A stretch of 63,989 nt of DNA, counting the filler, from Reticulomyxa filosa (Eukaryota > Protista > Foraminifera): NCBI GenBank assembly GCA_000512085.1. It is 18 parts of 18 records of this genome, joined end to end, with 100 filler letters (N's around TTAATTAATTAA, not from the genome) between each part and the next. Parts side by side here need not be neighbours in the genome. Positions count along the whole stretch, not along the records: positions 34,893 to 43,521 come from ASPP01047462.1; positions 43,622 to 46,280 come from ASPP01005577.1; positions 46,381 to 47,865 come from ASPP01018047.1; positions 47,966 to 49,006 come from ASPP01035581.1; positions 49,107 to 51,799 come from ASPP01014611.1; 13 more parts are not named here. One strand, given 5' to 3'. The translations under genes and the position numbers were made by a program. Below, in pieces: positions 37,938-51,799 of this stretch (the stretch's first letter is position 1; each line of letters starts with the position of its first letter). The notes beneath the pieces were generated by a model. It saw nothing but the letters and a program-made list of their open reading frames with translations. It made no database searches and was not told the DNA's origin.

Positions 37938-40212
37938 TTAATTAATGTAAACGCGGAGTACCAATTCCTTGGGTAATTTCTTGATCAATCCGATGACCAA
38001 GCCATTCCGTATATTTTCTTTTTTCGAATCAGTTGCCCAGCCATGATCATCAGAGGTGTGACCATGTTCTTTGGCCACAAGAAAGCCGTTTGTAAAAACA
38101 TAAAACTGAGACAAGTCCAATAGAGCCAGCATTTTTATTTGTATGACCTTGTTTAACCCGTACCCTCGAAACCTTTCGTCGTACAAGCGCAGCCCCTTTC
38201 GTTTGGCAATTATGTAAGGCTCATAGTTTTTCTTGTATTCAATCGCATAAAAATCGAGCTTACTTTCGTTTTGCATGGACCAACGTGCCCATTCGTAATA
38301 GTCTGTCGGGCCATGGCTTTTTTTTTATAGAGAGGAAGAAGTGGACAAAAAAGTGCTTTCTCATAACTCTTCTCCTCAAACAATCTATTTCGATTTGGAA
38401 AAAAAAGAAAAGAGTTACCAATGCTTGCATCGCAACGCATGAAAAGGTCTTGCTTGGCCTTTGTAAAACAAATCAGTTAATTGGGACATGCGTTTTGGAA
38501 TGGACTCGTCGTCAGTCGCGTTGGATGAAGTCACGAATTCAAAAGCAGGAATGACCAATACGACATTGGAAGACGAGGTATTATATTGGACTGTGGAAAA
38601 GAGATAAAAAATTACTGAGTCTATCGACAGGTCTGAGCGTCTGAAAGAACAGTTTGAAAAACTACTATTGACAACATGATTGTGCAAGTCATGCGAAGGA
38701 ATAAAATCGACATCCACCAGAAACACATAGTCGCTAGAACACATTGACAACGCAATATTTCGCAATGTATTCACCGGATACATTGTATACCGATGCAACG
38801 TCTTTCCCACAAATTTTGTCATTACCGATAATGCATGATCGACACGTTTATTTCTTTTTTTAATTTTTTGTCGTTGTTATTGATTAATGGACATGCACGA
38901 TATATGTACAAATAAAGTCTCATTTGACAATTATTGAGAGAGAAAACAAAAAACTTGAATTGTTTGCGATTGAATATTTTTGTGGCGGTGATATTACTGA
39001 TACGATGAATGATTTGTCGTTTTTGTTCGATGACAGGGTCGAAATGATATCGAAAGGAGGAGGAGGAGGAGGAGGAGCAGTTGTGGAGACAATAGTAAAT
39101 GGGCGGATAGGGGTGGAACATGGACTTGTCCAAGACATCAAAAGTTTGAATGGTGTTGTTAGTTTTGAATGAGTGAGTGGACCAGTGAAGACGCAGCGGA
39201 GGATAGACCAATGCCACATTTATCTCTCTATTTGTCATTGTGTTATCATTGGACTGCATTTCTTGGTGCAACCTTTCAAAATAGTTGTATAAATAACTTC
39301 GTGTCTCATTTGTGTTTTGTTCTGGAAACAGATATATCGCCACATTTAGTCCCCCTTTTTTTTTAAAAATGTGCAATAACACCGTAAAGTAGTTTATATC
39401 ATATAGTCTCCCTCCTCTTATTGCAATACAGTTTGGTCAGTTTGTATGGATGAAACACCTGTCCATCTCATCAACATCTGGCGTAGCGTGGGCAGTCGAT
39501 CGATGCTGCATTGAGTGATAATGCTAATGTAAGGCGTGTTGTCATTCCGCTGTTGTGATCTATCATTTGTCCACCAGAACAACTCGTAGTCGTACTTTAA
39601 TATCGGAAATAACGTCTGATTGTTTTCGACATTATATTCATATTCCAATTCTTCAAATACAGCTTGCACGAATCCTCCAACGCCTGGTATTGTTCGCTTT
39701 CGCTTCTGACTTTCTTTTGTCTTTACACTGCTTTCGTTTTGGCTTTTTCCTTTATTCTCTTTCCCTTTTTGCTCCACTGGATTTGATTCCCAATTATTTG
39801 TTGTCACTGTCATATTTCTTGTACTTGTCGTATTTGTTGTTACTGTCATTGTTTTGCTTCTATTGAGCTTCGTCTTCTCTTCGTCATTGTCCAACATCAT
39901 CCATACTTCCCAAATCGCACTTGTGCTTGCTGACGACATTTGCAGATCACTAACGCGATTAATCAGTCCACACCAATTCGCCACAAACATACTTATCAGC
40001 AACACGGCCGTAAACGTATACACTATGGTCGTGCAGGAATATATATGCTTTGAGGCCACATTTTGGCTGTTCCTCTTCCTTGTGGAGTTCTCCGAACATA
40101 ACGAGCTTTGCTTTCGCCCAAAACAATAATGAAAAGTGTGCCACAGACTCAATGCTGGTCTTGTTCTTGGTGCTGCCCAATTTTTGCGATGCAAAGGCGT
40201 GAAAGATAACAT
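37938..40212 (-). CDS. LARGE/B4GAT1-type (GT49) glycosyltransferase, type II membrane protein, multi-exon
   Basis: N-terminal TM (IVYTFTAVLLISMFVA), ISIITQCSIDRL..L..RWTG, YPVNTLRNIAL, YVFLVDVDFIPS (DxD), VLVIPAFE, NYEPYII, YDERFRGYGLNK. Confidence 0.85.
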
Positions 40213-41132
40213 TATTGAATTTTTTCCCCCCTTTTTGTGCCACCGATGACAGCGCCGTGTAACTATTACTAAGATAAAATATGCTCAATTTTTACGTTTT
40301 GTCCATTTAACTTTCAAAAATATAAGTCAATTACTCCTAATGGAATAAATCCCAAAAATTCAAAACAACAAAACGAATATTTACAATAGTAATCACGAAC
40401 AATGTGCCTTTGTCAAATTTCAAAGTATATTCATATTCTTTTGAATCGTTGTAGTCTTATATGGGCATTTGCATTTCTTAGTATTATGGACGGTTAGGAG
40501 TTAAAACAGAGACTTTAATGAAGAATCGGATAAAGTTTGAAAAAAAAAATAAGTTTTTAAATTAAGAAAAAGAAATATTTAGGGTCAATTTCACGTAGTC
40601 TCATACTACTGTTAGAGTATGTAAACGCATTAAACAGTTTTTATCGAAATTCATTCTAACAAAATAAGAAACAGAGATATGTATTTAAATTCAGATATTC
40701 TATCTCCAGCATTTTTATTACTAATCTTGCAAATCACTGAATCATGAACCATTATTTTATTTTTTGGTAAATTAAAAAATATTTAAAAATTTGCTTAATG
40801 TATAAACGTTTTATGTTGCTGTAATGTTTTTTTTTACTTAATAACGTCGAACAAAGGTATTAGGAAAAGAAGCTGTTGTTGCGACAGATTTGATAACCAA
40901 TTCACTAGTTTTGGCTATTACTTTCTTATATTGACATCAAAATTGGTTAACTCGACACGACATATAAATAAACTACAAATAATGTATGAATTTGGCTGAC
41001 ATGTGCGCATGGACTACGCACGTGGTTACTGAACAATTTCTCCCCCAAATTTTGCAAAAATAAGGCCACCTTGCAAAGAGGAAGACCTTTTGTGTTTTAA
41101 AGGAAGGCTAGATTGTGTAGAGGACAATTGAA

Positions 41133-43228
41133 ATGTGTTGGAGTATCTATTACTATTGTTGTCGTTGTTGTTGGTCAAGATGTGGGCGTTGTATTCCTTA
41201 TTTAAAGCATTTGAGGCTGTGCACAGTGTTTTTTTCATGTTTAGATATTTTAGTGATGGCCTGGTTCATATCAGTAGTGGTGTCAATTCGTGGGAACATA
41301 ACAACATGTTGTGGGATAAAATACGACCTACTATCATATCAATACAATGAAAGCAGTGTAGTATCGCACATGGATGGATATGACGAGTGTGTGCAAATGG
41401 ACTTGACCACATTTGTGGTTGGACAAGCGATCGAAGACACTTACAAGAAGGATAGTTTCGCACTGTTGGAGAACATCTTTCAATTGAAAGGGACGCACGT
41501 GTCACGAGGAGCGGACGGCGGATGTGTGGTGGACAACAGTCCTTACAATTGTTTGAACAACACGGTGCATAGCTGTGTGTCACTGCTGAATAGCACATAT
41601 GCGTCAGAAATCAATGGAAAAATCGATGCACGATGCGAAAGTAACGAAGCGACACCACGATTACGTGAAAGCGTGCTCGCCGGAATCGTTGGAATCGCAG
41701 GAGGGAAGATCTTGTTGTTATGTCTGGGGATCGGTTGTAAATATTGTCAGCACGAATTAGCTTCGCCAGAAAATGAGGTCATCAATGAGGAAATTGATCC
41801 TCCTCCTCATCTGCAAGATGTTACGTGGCCCCCTCCGTCCAAACATGGTAGTTTCGCAGAGTCGTATATGCGCGCTTCATCCGTTGTCACCGTCAGCGAC
41901 GATGGACAATTGGATTATGACTATCTCTTGATGACTGGCGATGCTCCTCCTTTTGAAGATAACAATAAGAGTCATCCGCCTCCTGTTTATAACAATCTAA
42001 GTCACAACAATAATAATAATAAGAATAATAATAATAATAGTAATAATAATAATACTAGTAATAATCATAATAATGACAATAATAGTAATAGTAATATCAA
42101 TAATAATAACGACAATAATGGCCATAATACACATACCCATGAACATGGTCACGAACATGAGCATGCACATGCACATGCACATGGCATTGGCCATCACACT
42201 CATGAACACTCGGCTCTTCGCCAAGCTTGTTACGATGCACCCCTCTTCTGCTTTTTGTGTATATGGACGATGTCCCGGTATTGGTTTTTTATGACACTGT
42301 GGACGTTGAAACACGCATACTTTACAATGATCATTGTCATCAGCTCAGTGCTGTCGCTTACACTGGCTCTGGTCAAAAACACCGAAGTCGTTGGATTCCT
42401 CTCTTGCTCGTCCTTTGACGAATATGTTGATACATGCTCGACCGTGGAAAACCAATGCGCTTTGAGACAGTGGGTCATTCTGCCGGGATTAAGTAATATC
42501 AATCTACCTAAATTACTTAGTTTCATTATTGCAGGTTCTTTTTTTTTTTTTGTGTGCGTATATATTTTTATGGTGGCTTATTTTATGTCATTGTTCGGAT
42601 TTTAACAGAAACTTCCAATTATACGATCAAAACTTATATACATAAAAAAAAAGGATTGGCGTTCATTTTGCGATTGATGGAGCAGATGGTGGTGATGAAG
42701 TACTATGACCAATTGAAAAAAAGAGACCGAAAAGAACAAATGCAAAATCACACTGTGTTTAAGGAATTGTCCAATCCAAACCGAGAGAACGAGAAAAAGA
42801 TGGACGATGAAAACCTACAGAAAACTGACAGTCCCAAGAATAATCCGACCAAAAAAAGAAAGAACGATAGTGGAAGTTTTTGGTCGCGATTCCGTGTCAG
42901 CACTGGCAGAGGCAAAAAACTTGGAGTGCTTAATTCACCTCAAACTGAAATTGTCTCCAATGCCGGTCACAAAGATCCATCCGTTCGAATATTTCGATTG
43001 GTTAGTGATGAAGACAGTTCGCTACGAACTGGAACCGCACATAATCTACATATTCAACAGCCCAGTACCCTTCCCGTCAATCAACTCGCTCTTTTGGTAG
43101 ATTCAGACACAGGCAGTCCTGTCACCTCACAAACTCCAATTGATAGCCCACAAATAGGAGGAATAGATGTAACCAGCGCTGCGAATCAACCTAATACCTC
43201 AACACAAGAGACACGTTCTGAGTTGTAG
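41133..43228 (+). CDS. Multi-pass membrane protein with Cys-rich loops and an Asn/His-rich insert, unknown function
   Basis: A 490-aa ORF plus a last exon (intron ~42535-42653). Several hydrophobic segments; poly-Asn followed by HTHTHEHGHEHEHAHAHAHGIGHHTHEH. Confidence 0.6.
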
Positions 43229-43621
43229 ATCACATTGTCAATAAACACTCCACTTTTTTTTTCTTTTTTTTTCTTTTTTTTTCCTCTTTTTTTTTGGGTT
43301 TTGCGTATTTTCAGTTGGATCGTTCCATTTTGTTTTGTCATTGTTTTCTCCATTCAAAAATTGAAATATTGAAATAAATAACTGGATAAATAAGAAACTA
43401 TATCTTTTTTTGTTTTGTTTTTGTTTGTTTATTTGTTTTGAGATTGTATTTAGAACTAAAATTTCAATTTATACTTTTTTTTTAATGTTAAATCTATTGG
43501 CACTCACAGGAGTCACGTTTGNNNNNNNNNNNNNNNNNNNNNNNNNNNNNNNNNNNNNNNNNNNNTTAATTAATTAANNNNNNNNNNNNNNNNNNNNNNN
43601 NNNNNNNNNNNNNNNNNNNNN

Positions 43622-43653
<32 letters not shown>

Positions 43654-44210
43654 ACCAGATTCAAAAGTACTGCTATCTTCCCAATCAATATCAACACCAT
43701 CAAGTTTATATGTTTTAACATAAGTAGCAATATTATTTCCTAAAGTATGAGCATTGACTGATGATGTTGGAAAATCAGTACTTCCAAAACAAGACATTAA
43801 TAATTTTATTCCATGTGAATGATAAATATTTAATAATCCTTGACGAAATGAATCAGCTGTAGGATTACTGCAATTACAAATTTTCTTTTGCGTATCCGTG
43901 TTAAAATTTTGTCTATTATTATTATCAAATAAATAATAATTAAAAAAAAAAAAATACTATATATATATTTTTTTTATCCTTACAATGGATCAATCCAAAC
44001 TGTTAATGCATCCGCTGCATTTCCATTAGATAAATAAAAAGATAAAATCAATACATTATAAGGATGTGGTTTTTTTGTGTATCCTGGTACTCCCATTGCT
44101 TCCAATATTGAAGTATCCCACCAGCCTGTTAAGTCGTCAATATAAGCTACATAACGACTTGCTGTTGTTAAACTTCCCAGACACAATAATGACAAGAGAA
44201 AGAGTTTCAT
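43622..44210 (-). CDS. Secreted GH18 chitinase-like glycoside hydrolase, 3'-truncated
   Basis: Signal peptide MKLFLLSLLCLGSLTTA, YNVLILSF, KIIMSCFGS, and the catalytic YKLDGVDIDWED (DxxDxDxE). Confidence 0.85.
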
Positions 44211-45085
44211 GTTTCAAAAAAGCAAAAGTCCTTAGTTAATGTCCTCCAAACTACTGAGAACAAAAAAACCGTTTGCTCTTTTTTAAAAAAAAATTGACGG
44301 GCTCACGTTCCTTTGTACAAAAGTACACACTGTAAACTTATTGAGCATAACTACCCCGTCAAAATTTGTTTTTACATAAATGCTGTTTCACTTTTCGAGA
44401 CCAAAAACTTTACTCCATTCGTATCGAAACACAGTGAAATGCAAAAGAAAGTTGACACATAAAATAGCATCTTATAGAGATGATTGATTTTCTCCACGAA
44501 AAAACAACACTCAGACCTAATTTTTTTTGAAAAATATCTACGAATTGTGTTGTTTTTAAATATGATTTTAGTTTTTTATTAAATCTTTCGTAATTGTTTG
44601 ATTTATTTTTAAGCAACATTTATCTCATTTATTATTGCCAGTAGAGCTTGAGCAAAGATAGTTATGTAAAAAAATAAGTAATTATTATTTCTTTTATTTC
44701 TATCTTATGAAAGCTGCCATTTACGTGCTATATCAATGCCCACTGTATGCATACACTTGTGTACGACGGAAAAAAATAGTAAGCAGAATTATCTTCATCA
44801 ATAAAGAAATTCATCACTTTTGAAACTGGAGTAAAAAAAAATTGACTTAAAAAACTGACTAAAACGTTTAACAAAAAATTCTTTCCGAAATTGCAGTTTT
44901 TCATGTAAACATGAAAACAGAGAAAGCTTTTGTTTATTGCATTGAGAAAATCTTTTTAGTAGCGAAGCTTCTTCGATAACTTGTAGGAGTTTTTTTGTGT
45001 GGTCACAGTTGACACTTTAACTATGAACTTAATTGGTCGGTCCCCTTGATTATAACTTTTTCTTTTGAAGGAAGATAATCTTAAT

Positions 45086-45545
45086 ATGAAAGCCGCCGAG
45101 AATAGAAATAGTGCATTTGAGAAACCTGCTCCTTTTCCTCGTGGCGGCTATGGTAAAGGATCTAACGACTCACTAGCATTTTCTGTGTGTGTTTTTTTTT
45201 TTGAAAGCATTTGTGTTTGTTTGATGCATTTTTTTTTTTTTTGAAAAAAGAGAGAACAGCGAAGATCGACAATGTTCCGTCACAGCAATACGCAATGACT
45301 CAAAGCTTTTTGTTTCGAAACATTTACCGAACGCCATACCAAGAGAAGAAGAGTGAGAAGCAAAAGTTGAAAAGCAAATATGAGAAGCTGAGGAAAGCGA
45401 AAAAGAAGGAAAAGGAAGGAAGCAAGAGCAAGAAAAGTGGAAAGACGGTTCACGGTTACAATGTGGATGACCTATCTTCATTGGACGAAAACGAAGCGCA
45501 TAACTTGAGTGACGTGGAAGAGAGTGACATAGACGACAGTCACGT

Positions 45546-45577
<32 letters not shown>

Positions 45578-46280
45578 ATGAAAATGATGACGGAAAGACA
45601 CAAAAAGGGAAGCAAAAAAAAACGAAAAGAAAAAAGGGACAAAATTCGGATGAAGAGGATGCCTACAATGAAGACGATTTTAACTTTGACAACAACAACA
45701 ACAACAACAACAACAGCAAAAGCAAGAAAGAGAAAAAGAAGAAGAAGACGACTAAAAAACAGCAATCGAAAAATAAAGACGAGTTGGCAGACAAAGATAT
45801 TCCTTTTTATGATCAATTTGACATGGACGACGACATTGACAATGACCATGATAATGACAATGACTACAGCTCAATGACAAAAAAGAAGAGCACCAACGAC
45901 ATGGATGATTGGAATGCCATTACCAAAGCCGCACAAAATGCCGACTTGTGGGACCAGCCTTTGGACGAAGACTTTGCTTCTGGCAATCGCAAAAGCGAAA
46001 AGGCAAAAAACAAATTTGTCCTGAAACAACTCAGCATCAAGTCCGCGTGGCTCAAGTCCAAAATCGAAGAAAATTCTGACATTTTCGTCGGCGGTCTGAA
46101 CCTGCAAGGCAAAGTACCCCCTCTCATCCGAAACTTACTTGGCAATCGTCTCCATTTCAAACCTGGAACTTTAGTGTTGGGGGTCGTCACCGACGTTCAT
46201 CCTCACTTTGTGCGACTTGCTTTGTATCATGGCCAAGTTGGAATTTTGACATTGAGAGAAAGTATAATTTTTTTTTTTTT
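45086..46280 (+). CDS. RRP5: rRNA biogenesis protein RRP5 N-terminus, 3'-truncated
   Basis: N-terminal FPRGG motif, a long charged low-complexity region, then an S1-like GTLVLGVVTDVHPHFVRLALYHGQVGIL. Phase-1 intron starts GTAAAG at ~45153. Confidence 0.7.
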
Positions 46281-49149
46281 NNNNNNNNNNNNNNNNNNNN
46301 NNNNNNNNNNNNNNNNNNNNNNNNTTAATTAATTAANNNNNNNNNNNNNNNNNNNNNNNNNNNNNNNNNNNNNNNNNNNNAAGTATATTTATACATTTAT
46401 CAAAAGTTAACTATAAATTATAAACTGTATTGAAAAGGATGTTGACCATGGGACCGCCTTTTAGGCTTATACATGATTTGTTTCAGTTAACTTTTCTAAT
46501 TTGATGCGATAAAGTAACATTGGTCTTGTGCAAAATATGAGTATAATACCAAGGGTTTTTAGTGACATCTTACGCAAGTTTAAACCTTTTCTCAATTCAC
46601 TCAAGAAAAGAGTATGTAAATTTAACAGTTTGAATGTCACAGAGGACTCTTAAAAGATTTATTTAATAGAATATTTCTCAGACACGACCAAAGCAAAAAT
46701 TAAAAGATCACAAACTGATTCCATATTTGATAAAAAAAAAGGTCAGATATTATGGACTATTGTGGTAGACAAGAAGCAAAAGATGTAGATGCAAAGGATG
46801 GACAGATTTGATGAAATTGCAAATAAATTGAATTAAAAACTGGTCGCCTATGATTTACTACAAATTGTCTAAATGTTTAATACGTTTGATTGTTTGTTTT
46901 ATCTTGCATGAGAAGGACTGGAGCATATCTTGCTCATTTTCTTCCTTTTGGCTTTTGGTTTCTTAATTGGATGATATATATAAATTGATTCTGGAGTTTT
47001 TCTTTTTGTAATTTTTTTTGTAGCCAACTCTATTTTTTTTTTTGTACAAAAATTACACTATTTGAAAAGAATTCATTTCAAAAGTTTCTTTCATTTTTAA
47101 AAATTAAAAAAGATCGTATATTTCTGAATGCTGAAATCATGTGAGAAAGTAGATAAAAACATTTATTGTTGAAGATGAAAGTAAAAACAGATTTCATTTG
47201 AAAACGAATATAAAATATTTGTCCTTATTTAAGTGGTTTTTTTCTTACTTGGTTGTCCCCTACAAAAAGGGGAAAACTTTAGGACTTTTCAATTCAAACA
47301 ATTAAAAAATTCAATTGCAGAAAAGAATTAAAAGTAAAAAACTTGATGCAAGTACAACCTTTGAGTAGTTTTCTTTTTTAAGAATGAAACGAGATTGCTC
47401 CAGCATTTAAGAACTGAGAAAAGAAAAAAAGAAGAACTGAGTTATTTTTCTAGAAAAGAGTACTCAAGATTATCTCAAGTTAGTTTAAATAATAAAGCAA
47501 AATAAAAGTAATATAAAGTATTCAGATAAAAAGCAAAGCTCTATCAAATAGTAATCATAGTACAAGTGATATTTTATTTGCAATTTTGTTGAAAACAACA
47601 GAAAAAGAAAGAAGCGTATTGAATTATTGCTTTTGAATGTTCGGTTTGGAGAGATGCACTTGTTTAAATGATAAATATTTCAACAATTATTTCATACCAT
47701 GAAATTCAATGATATTTTCTTTTTTCCTTTTTTATTTAGATCAACTGATAGTCATTGAACACTATTATAAATAATGAAAAAACAATTAAAATAAAAAGTA
47801 ATAATATTCAAGGGAGTATCAATCTATAACTATCCAAAATGACAAAACATAATTGGAGAAAGAAANNNNNNNNNNNNNNNNNNNNNNNNNNNNNNNNNNN
47901 NNNNNNNNNTTAATTAATTAANNNNNNNNNNNNNNNNNNNNNNNNNNNNNNNNNNNNNNNNNNNNTATTCTTTCTTTTTCGGCAGCTGTTACATTTTTGC
48001 AGAGGAATAAGTTGGCGAAGGAATTCTCCATGTTAGATATGTTTGACTTGTTAGGTTGTTTAAAGAAAGAAGAGCCAAAACCACCTTTGTAATGTCTAAG
48101 AGAACTTTTTCTAAAAAGGGAAAACCTTTTTTCTTCCAGAGAAAAATCATTACTCAAGAAAAAGTGATTGTTCATTCCAAAAAAACAATTTTAATTTCAA
48201 TAATCTATAATTAATCAATTTTTTAGAACTAAAATGAAATACTATACAAAATTTTTAACAATTCTTTTTTCAAGCTGTTTTGTCAAAAATGCCAAAATAT
48301 TCCAAAAAATGGCAAGTTTACATTTTTTAATAGACATTTATGAATTTTGTGTCTATGTATTGTTTAAGTAAAAAAGGTCTTTTTTTTTTTCTTTGGCTGT
48401 ATCTCTCTCTTTAGTACCAGCTCATAATTAGGGCTAATCGTCTTCTTAGCAAAACATTGGTATGTCTTTTTTCTTTTTTACGTTATTTTGCAACTTAAAA
48501 AGTGGTTTGGTTTTGTTTTGTTTTGAACAGTTCGCAAACTCTAAAAAAAATTTAAAAAAAATGTCACTTTTACTTGGATGCTGTTCATCCTTTATCAAGA
48601 AAAAAAAAATAATTGAATATGGGGTAAGGCCCCCCGTCTCCGCAAGGAATAATAATGGTTTGTCATACATTTATATGTTTTTTTTTTTGGATATAATTGA
48701 CTTTGTTTTTTGAAATAGCCGCAGCCCGTATGTTCAAAAAAAAAAAATTGTATACGTCCACATTCCAATTCCATACAAAGAATAATTTCGGGGTTGAAGC
48801 CACCCCATGTCGCAAAAAAAATTAAAGAGTTTGGATTTTTTATTTTTTTTTATTTTTATTTTTTTTATCAAATGTTTGTTTGTGCCAATAGGCATGCCCC
48901 CATCAAAAAAAAATTCTACCAGTTACAAAAGAAAAAAAGTAGATAATTGGAATTGGAGCTTTAAGCTCAATGTCAATATTTTATTTTTGAAAGAAAAAAA
49001 AACACANNNNNNNNNNNNNNNNNNNNNNNNNNNNNNNNNNNNNNNNNNNNTTAATTAATTAANNNNNNNNNNNNNNNNNNNNNNNNNNNNNNNNNNNNNN
49101 NNNNNNAAAAAAAAAAAAAAAAACAAAAAAAAAAAAAAAAAAAAAAAAG

Positions 49150-50276
49150 ACCTAAAGGCAAAGACTGGGTACATAAACTGGTCTCCAAACGACTGTTTCG
49201 AGTACCAGACGAAGATCCGTTGAAACCGGTGTTGTCCAATTATTTATATCACGTATACTCTGGTATGAATTTAATGCACTTTTTCAAGGTTTTTTTTCCC
49301 ACTTTTTAATTCTTTTCATTTTTATTTTTTTTTACAAAGGTACCGGTAGCGCTGAATATGCGTTGAACAAAGTTTTTCAGCCTGGTGTGTTTCCCATTCT
49401 TTTATTTTTGTTGTTGTATTTTCGACGACTCATCAAACAAACAAACTGGCACATTACAAATGAATAGGTGCTTGGGCGTGGAGTTGAGCAATTTGCTAAG
49501 TGTATTTGTCTATCCTTTGTTTATTTATTTTTAAAATTCAATGCTGGCAATTGATGCACTTTGATTGTACTCCAAAAAGATCCGTTGGTGGATCGTTTGC
49601 CACAATTAAAGGTTTACCAAGATATCCGCGCCAAAACTGTGGAACCGAAAAAAGAACAACCTGCTGTCGAATCTACTATCAACGCAATCACTGAGGGCTC
49701 AAACACGGAGGAAAAGAAATCCGAGGAGGTAATCGATGTTGCACCGCCCGGGGTTACACATGAATCCAGACATCCAACACTTCGCGTCGATGCAGTATTC
49801 GGTGAAACGGACTGGATGGATCCAACACCATTTCATCACGTTAAGAGAACAAAATCAATATATATTTTTTGTATTTATATGTGTATATCTCTCCTAGCTC
49901 AATAAATGGAGCGTAATGTCTTTTTGTCTGTTTGTTGGATCCGAAGTTCCAAAACAATAATTTACTGGATACAAAAATGCACGTAATACGTGACTGTGGG
50001 CATCAACTAATCTTGGAGCAGCCTCGACGATTCGGCAAAAAAATTGGCAATCTTGCTGCTCAATGTTTTCGAGACTTTTATGATATCTACTTGAAGCCCG
50101 ACGAAGAGGTTAGCACTGAAGCTGTCCCAAATGCAACTGGAGAGAAAGTTGTATCCGATAACATAGAACAAAAAACTCCAGAAGATGGAGAAAAACAAGA
50201 CGAAGAAAAAGCCGAAGAATCGGAGAGCTCTGAAGAGCCTCAATTTCGAGGAAAAGTATTTGGCGAGAGGGGATAG
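49150..50276 (+). CDS. Alpha/beta hydrolase (ABHD4/ABHD5/Cld1-like), C-terminal part
   Basis: NYLYHV, GSAEYAL, PLVDRL, VFGETDWMD (acid) and VIRDCGHQLILEQP (catalytic His). Confidence 0.8.
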
Positions 50277-50695
50277 ATTCAAAAAGGGCTATCACTCTTT
50301 TTTGTATTTTTGTTGTTGTTTTTTTTTAATACTTGAAAGCAAGCTTCGTTTTTGCTGTTGGTTTTCGTAACCAACTGAAAGCTTAAGTAATTTTTTGTTT
50401 TGTTTTGTATGTCCTTTTGAGGGAAATTGGCCAAATAATCTTCGAATTGATGCCATTTAAAAATTTTTTTTGAAAAACTTGTCTTTACTTATTCTACCAC
50501 AAAAAAGTCAATTATAAAATTCCTGTCAACAAAATAATTGACTCTTATTGTTTCGGTGGTTTGGGCCAAAAAGTTGTATACCCAAAAATAAAAACAAAAC
50601 AAAAACCACACAACAAAACAAAAAATAGTTCATTTGCGAACCACACTTGAAACTAATTCATTTTTAAACAACACAAAAAAAAAAATCGTTAAAAT

Positions 50696-51768
50696 TTATT
50701 GAATAGAAGAACACAAAAGTGCTACAGCAATTGCCATGATAGACATTGAACCCAACAAAACGTGAATATTTCGTGGTGCTTGGATTTCTCTGAAGTACAT
50801 CAAACTCCACGATGTCGATACAAAGACTGGACCAATAGCGCATATTGGATAAGCAGTTCTATAGGGCAAGTTGTTAAACGCGAGAAGCTGCCCCATAAAT
50901 CCAATACTCCAAATCATGCCGCTAATAATAGCAGGTCGCATAACTGGGCGATTCAATTTGTCTTTGACAATATGAGAATATAACCCTTTCCATAAAAACA
51001 TGACTGTACTGCACAAATAAATGCCCAAACATTGGCTAAACATCAATGCCAAAAATTTTGGTTTTTCGTCATGTCCAAAATGACGAGCAAATGCTCCCGT
51101 CCATAGCAAAAATGGAGTTAAGCAATTGCCCATACAAATCCCCATTATCACGCACAACAATAATCCTTTACATTTGTTGTACCAATTGTTCCTGTAACGG
51201 TTGTTTTGAAAAATTGGAGGGAGAGAAACTACGGAGTGACTCTTTTTTAAAATTGTTTGGTATCTATTAAAAGATACGATTTACTGATATATATGCATGC
51301 AAAAAAACAAAAAAAACTGACGTCGTTGGCTTGGAGTGCTCTAGTTCTGGCTCTTTTTCCAGTTGCTCCTCATTTCTTCTCATCGCCACTTGTCTGTTCC
51401 ATCGCTCTAACATAATTTTTCTTGCCATGCTGTTGAAGTCTAAGTAATTACTGCAAGAATTAGGAAAAGCGGAATCCCACTCTTGAGAAGTGTCCTGATA
51501 TTTTTGTTCATCCATTGGATCCTGTGGTAAATGTTTGTGTGTTTTTTGTTGCCTTTGGTGTCTCTTTCGATAAGGCTGTTCCTGTTTCTGTTCGTCATTA
51601 AGTGCATATTGATCAACATAAGGGGATCGCGAGGACATAGAGCACGATATTGCCATAATATCATCATCGTCATAATCTTCACGTGTAACATTAATCACTT
51701 GGCTGAGTTTTGTTTTAATATAGTGATGCATTAAAAACAAATATATACATACATATTTTTTTTTTTTC

Positions 51769-51799
<31 letters not shown>
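50696..51799 (-). CDS. TMEM144-like (DMT superfamily) membrane transporter, C-terminal part
   Basis: FSQCLGIY, PAIISGMIWSIG...YPICAIGPVFVSTSWSLMYFREIQAPRN, with several TM helices. Confidence 0.72.

Noticed and set aside
46381-49006. Coding potential in two small contigs
   Set aside because: No credible ORF. 47966-49006 is homopolymer-rich and looks like low-quality or degraded sequence.
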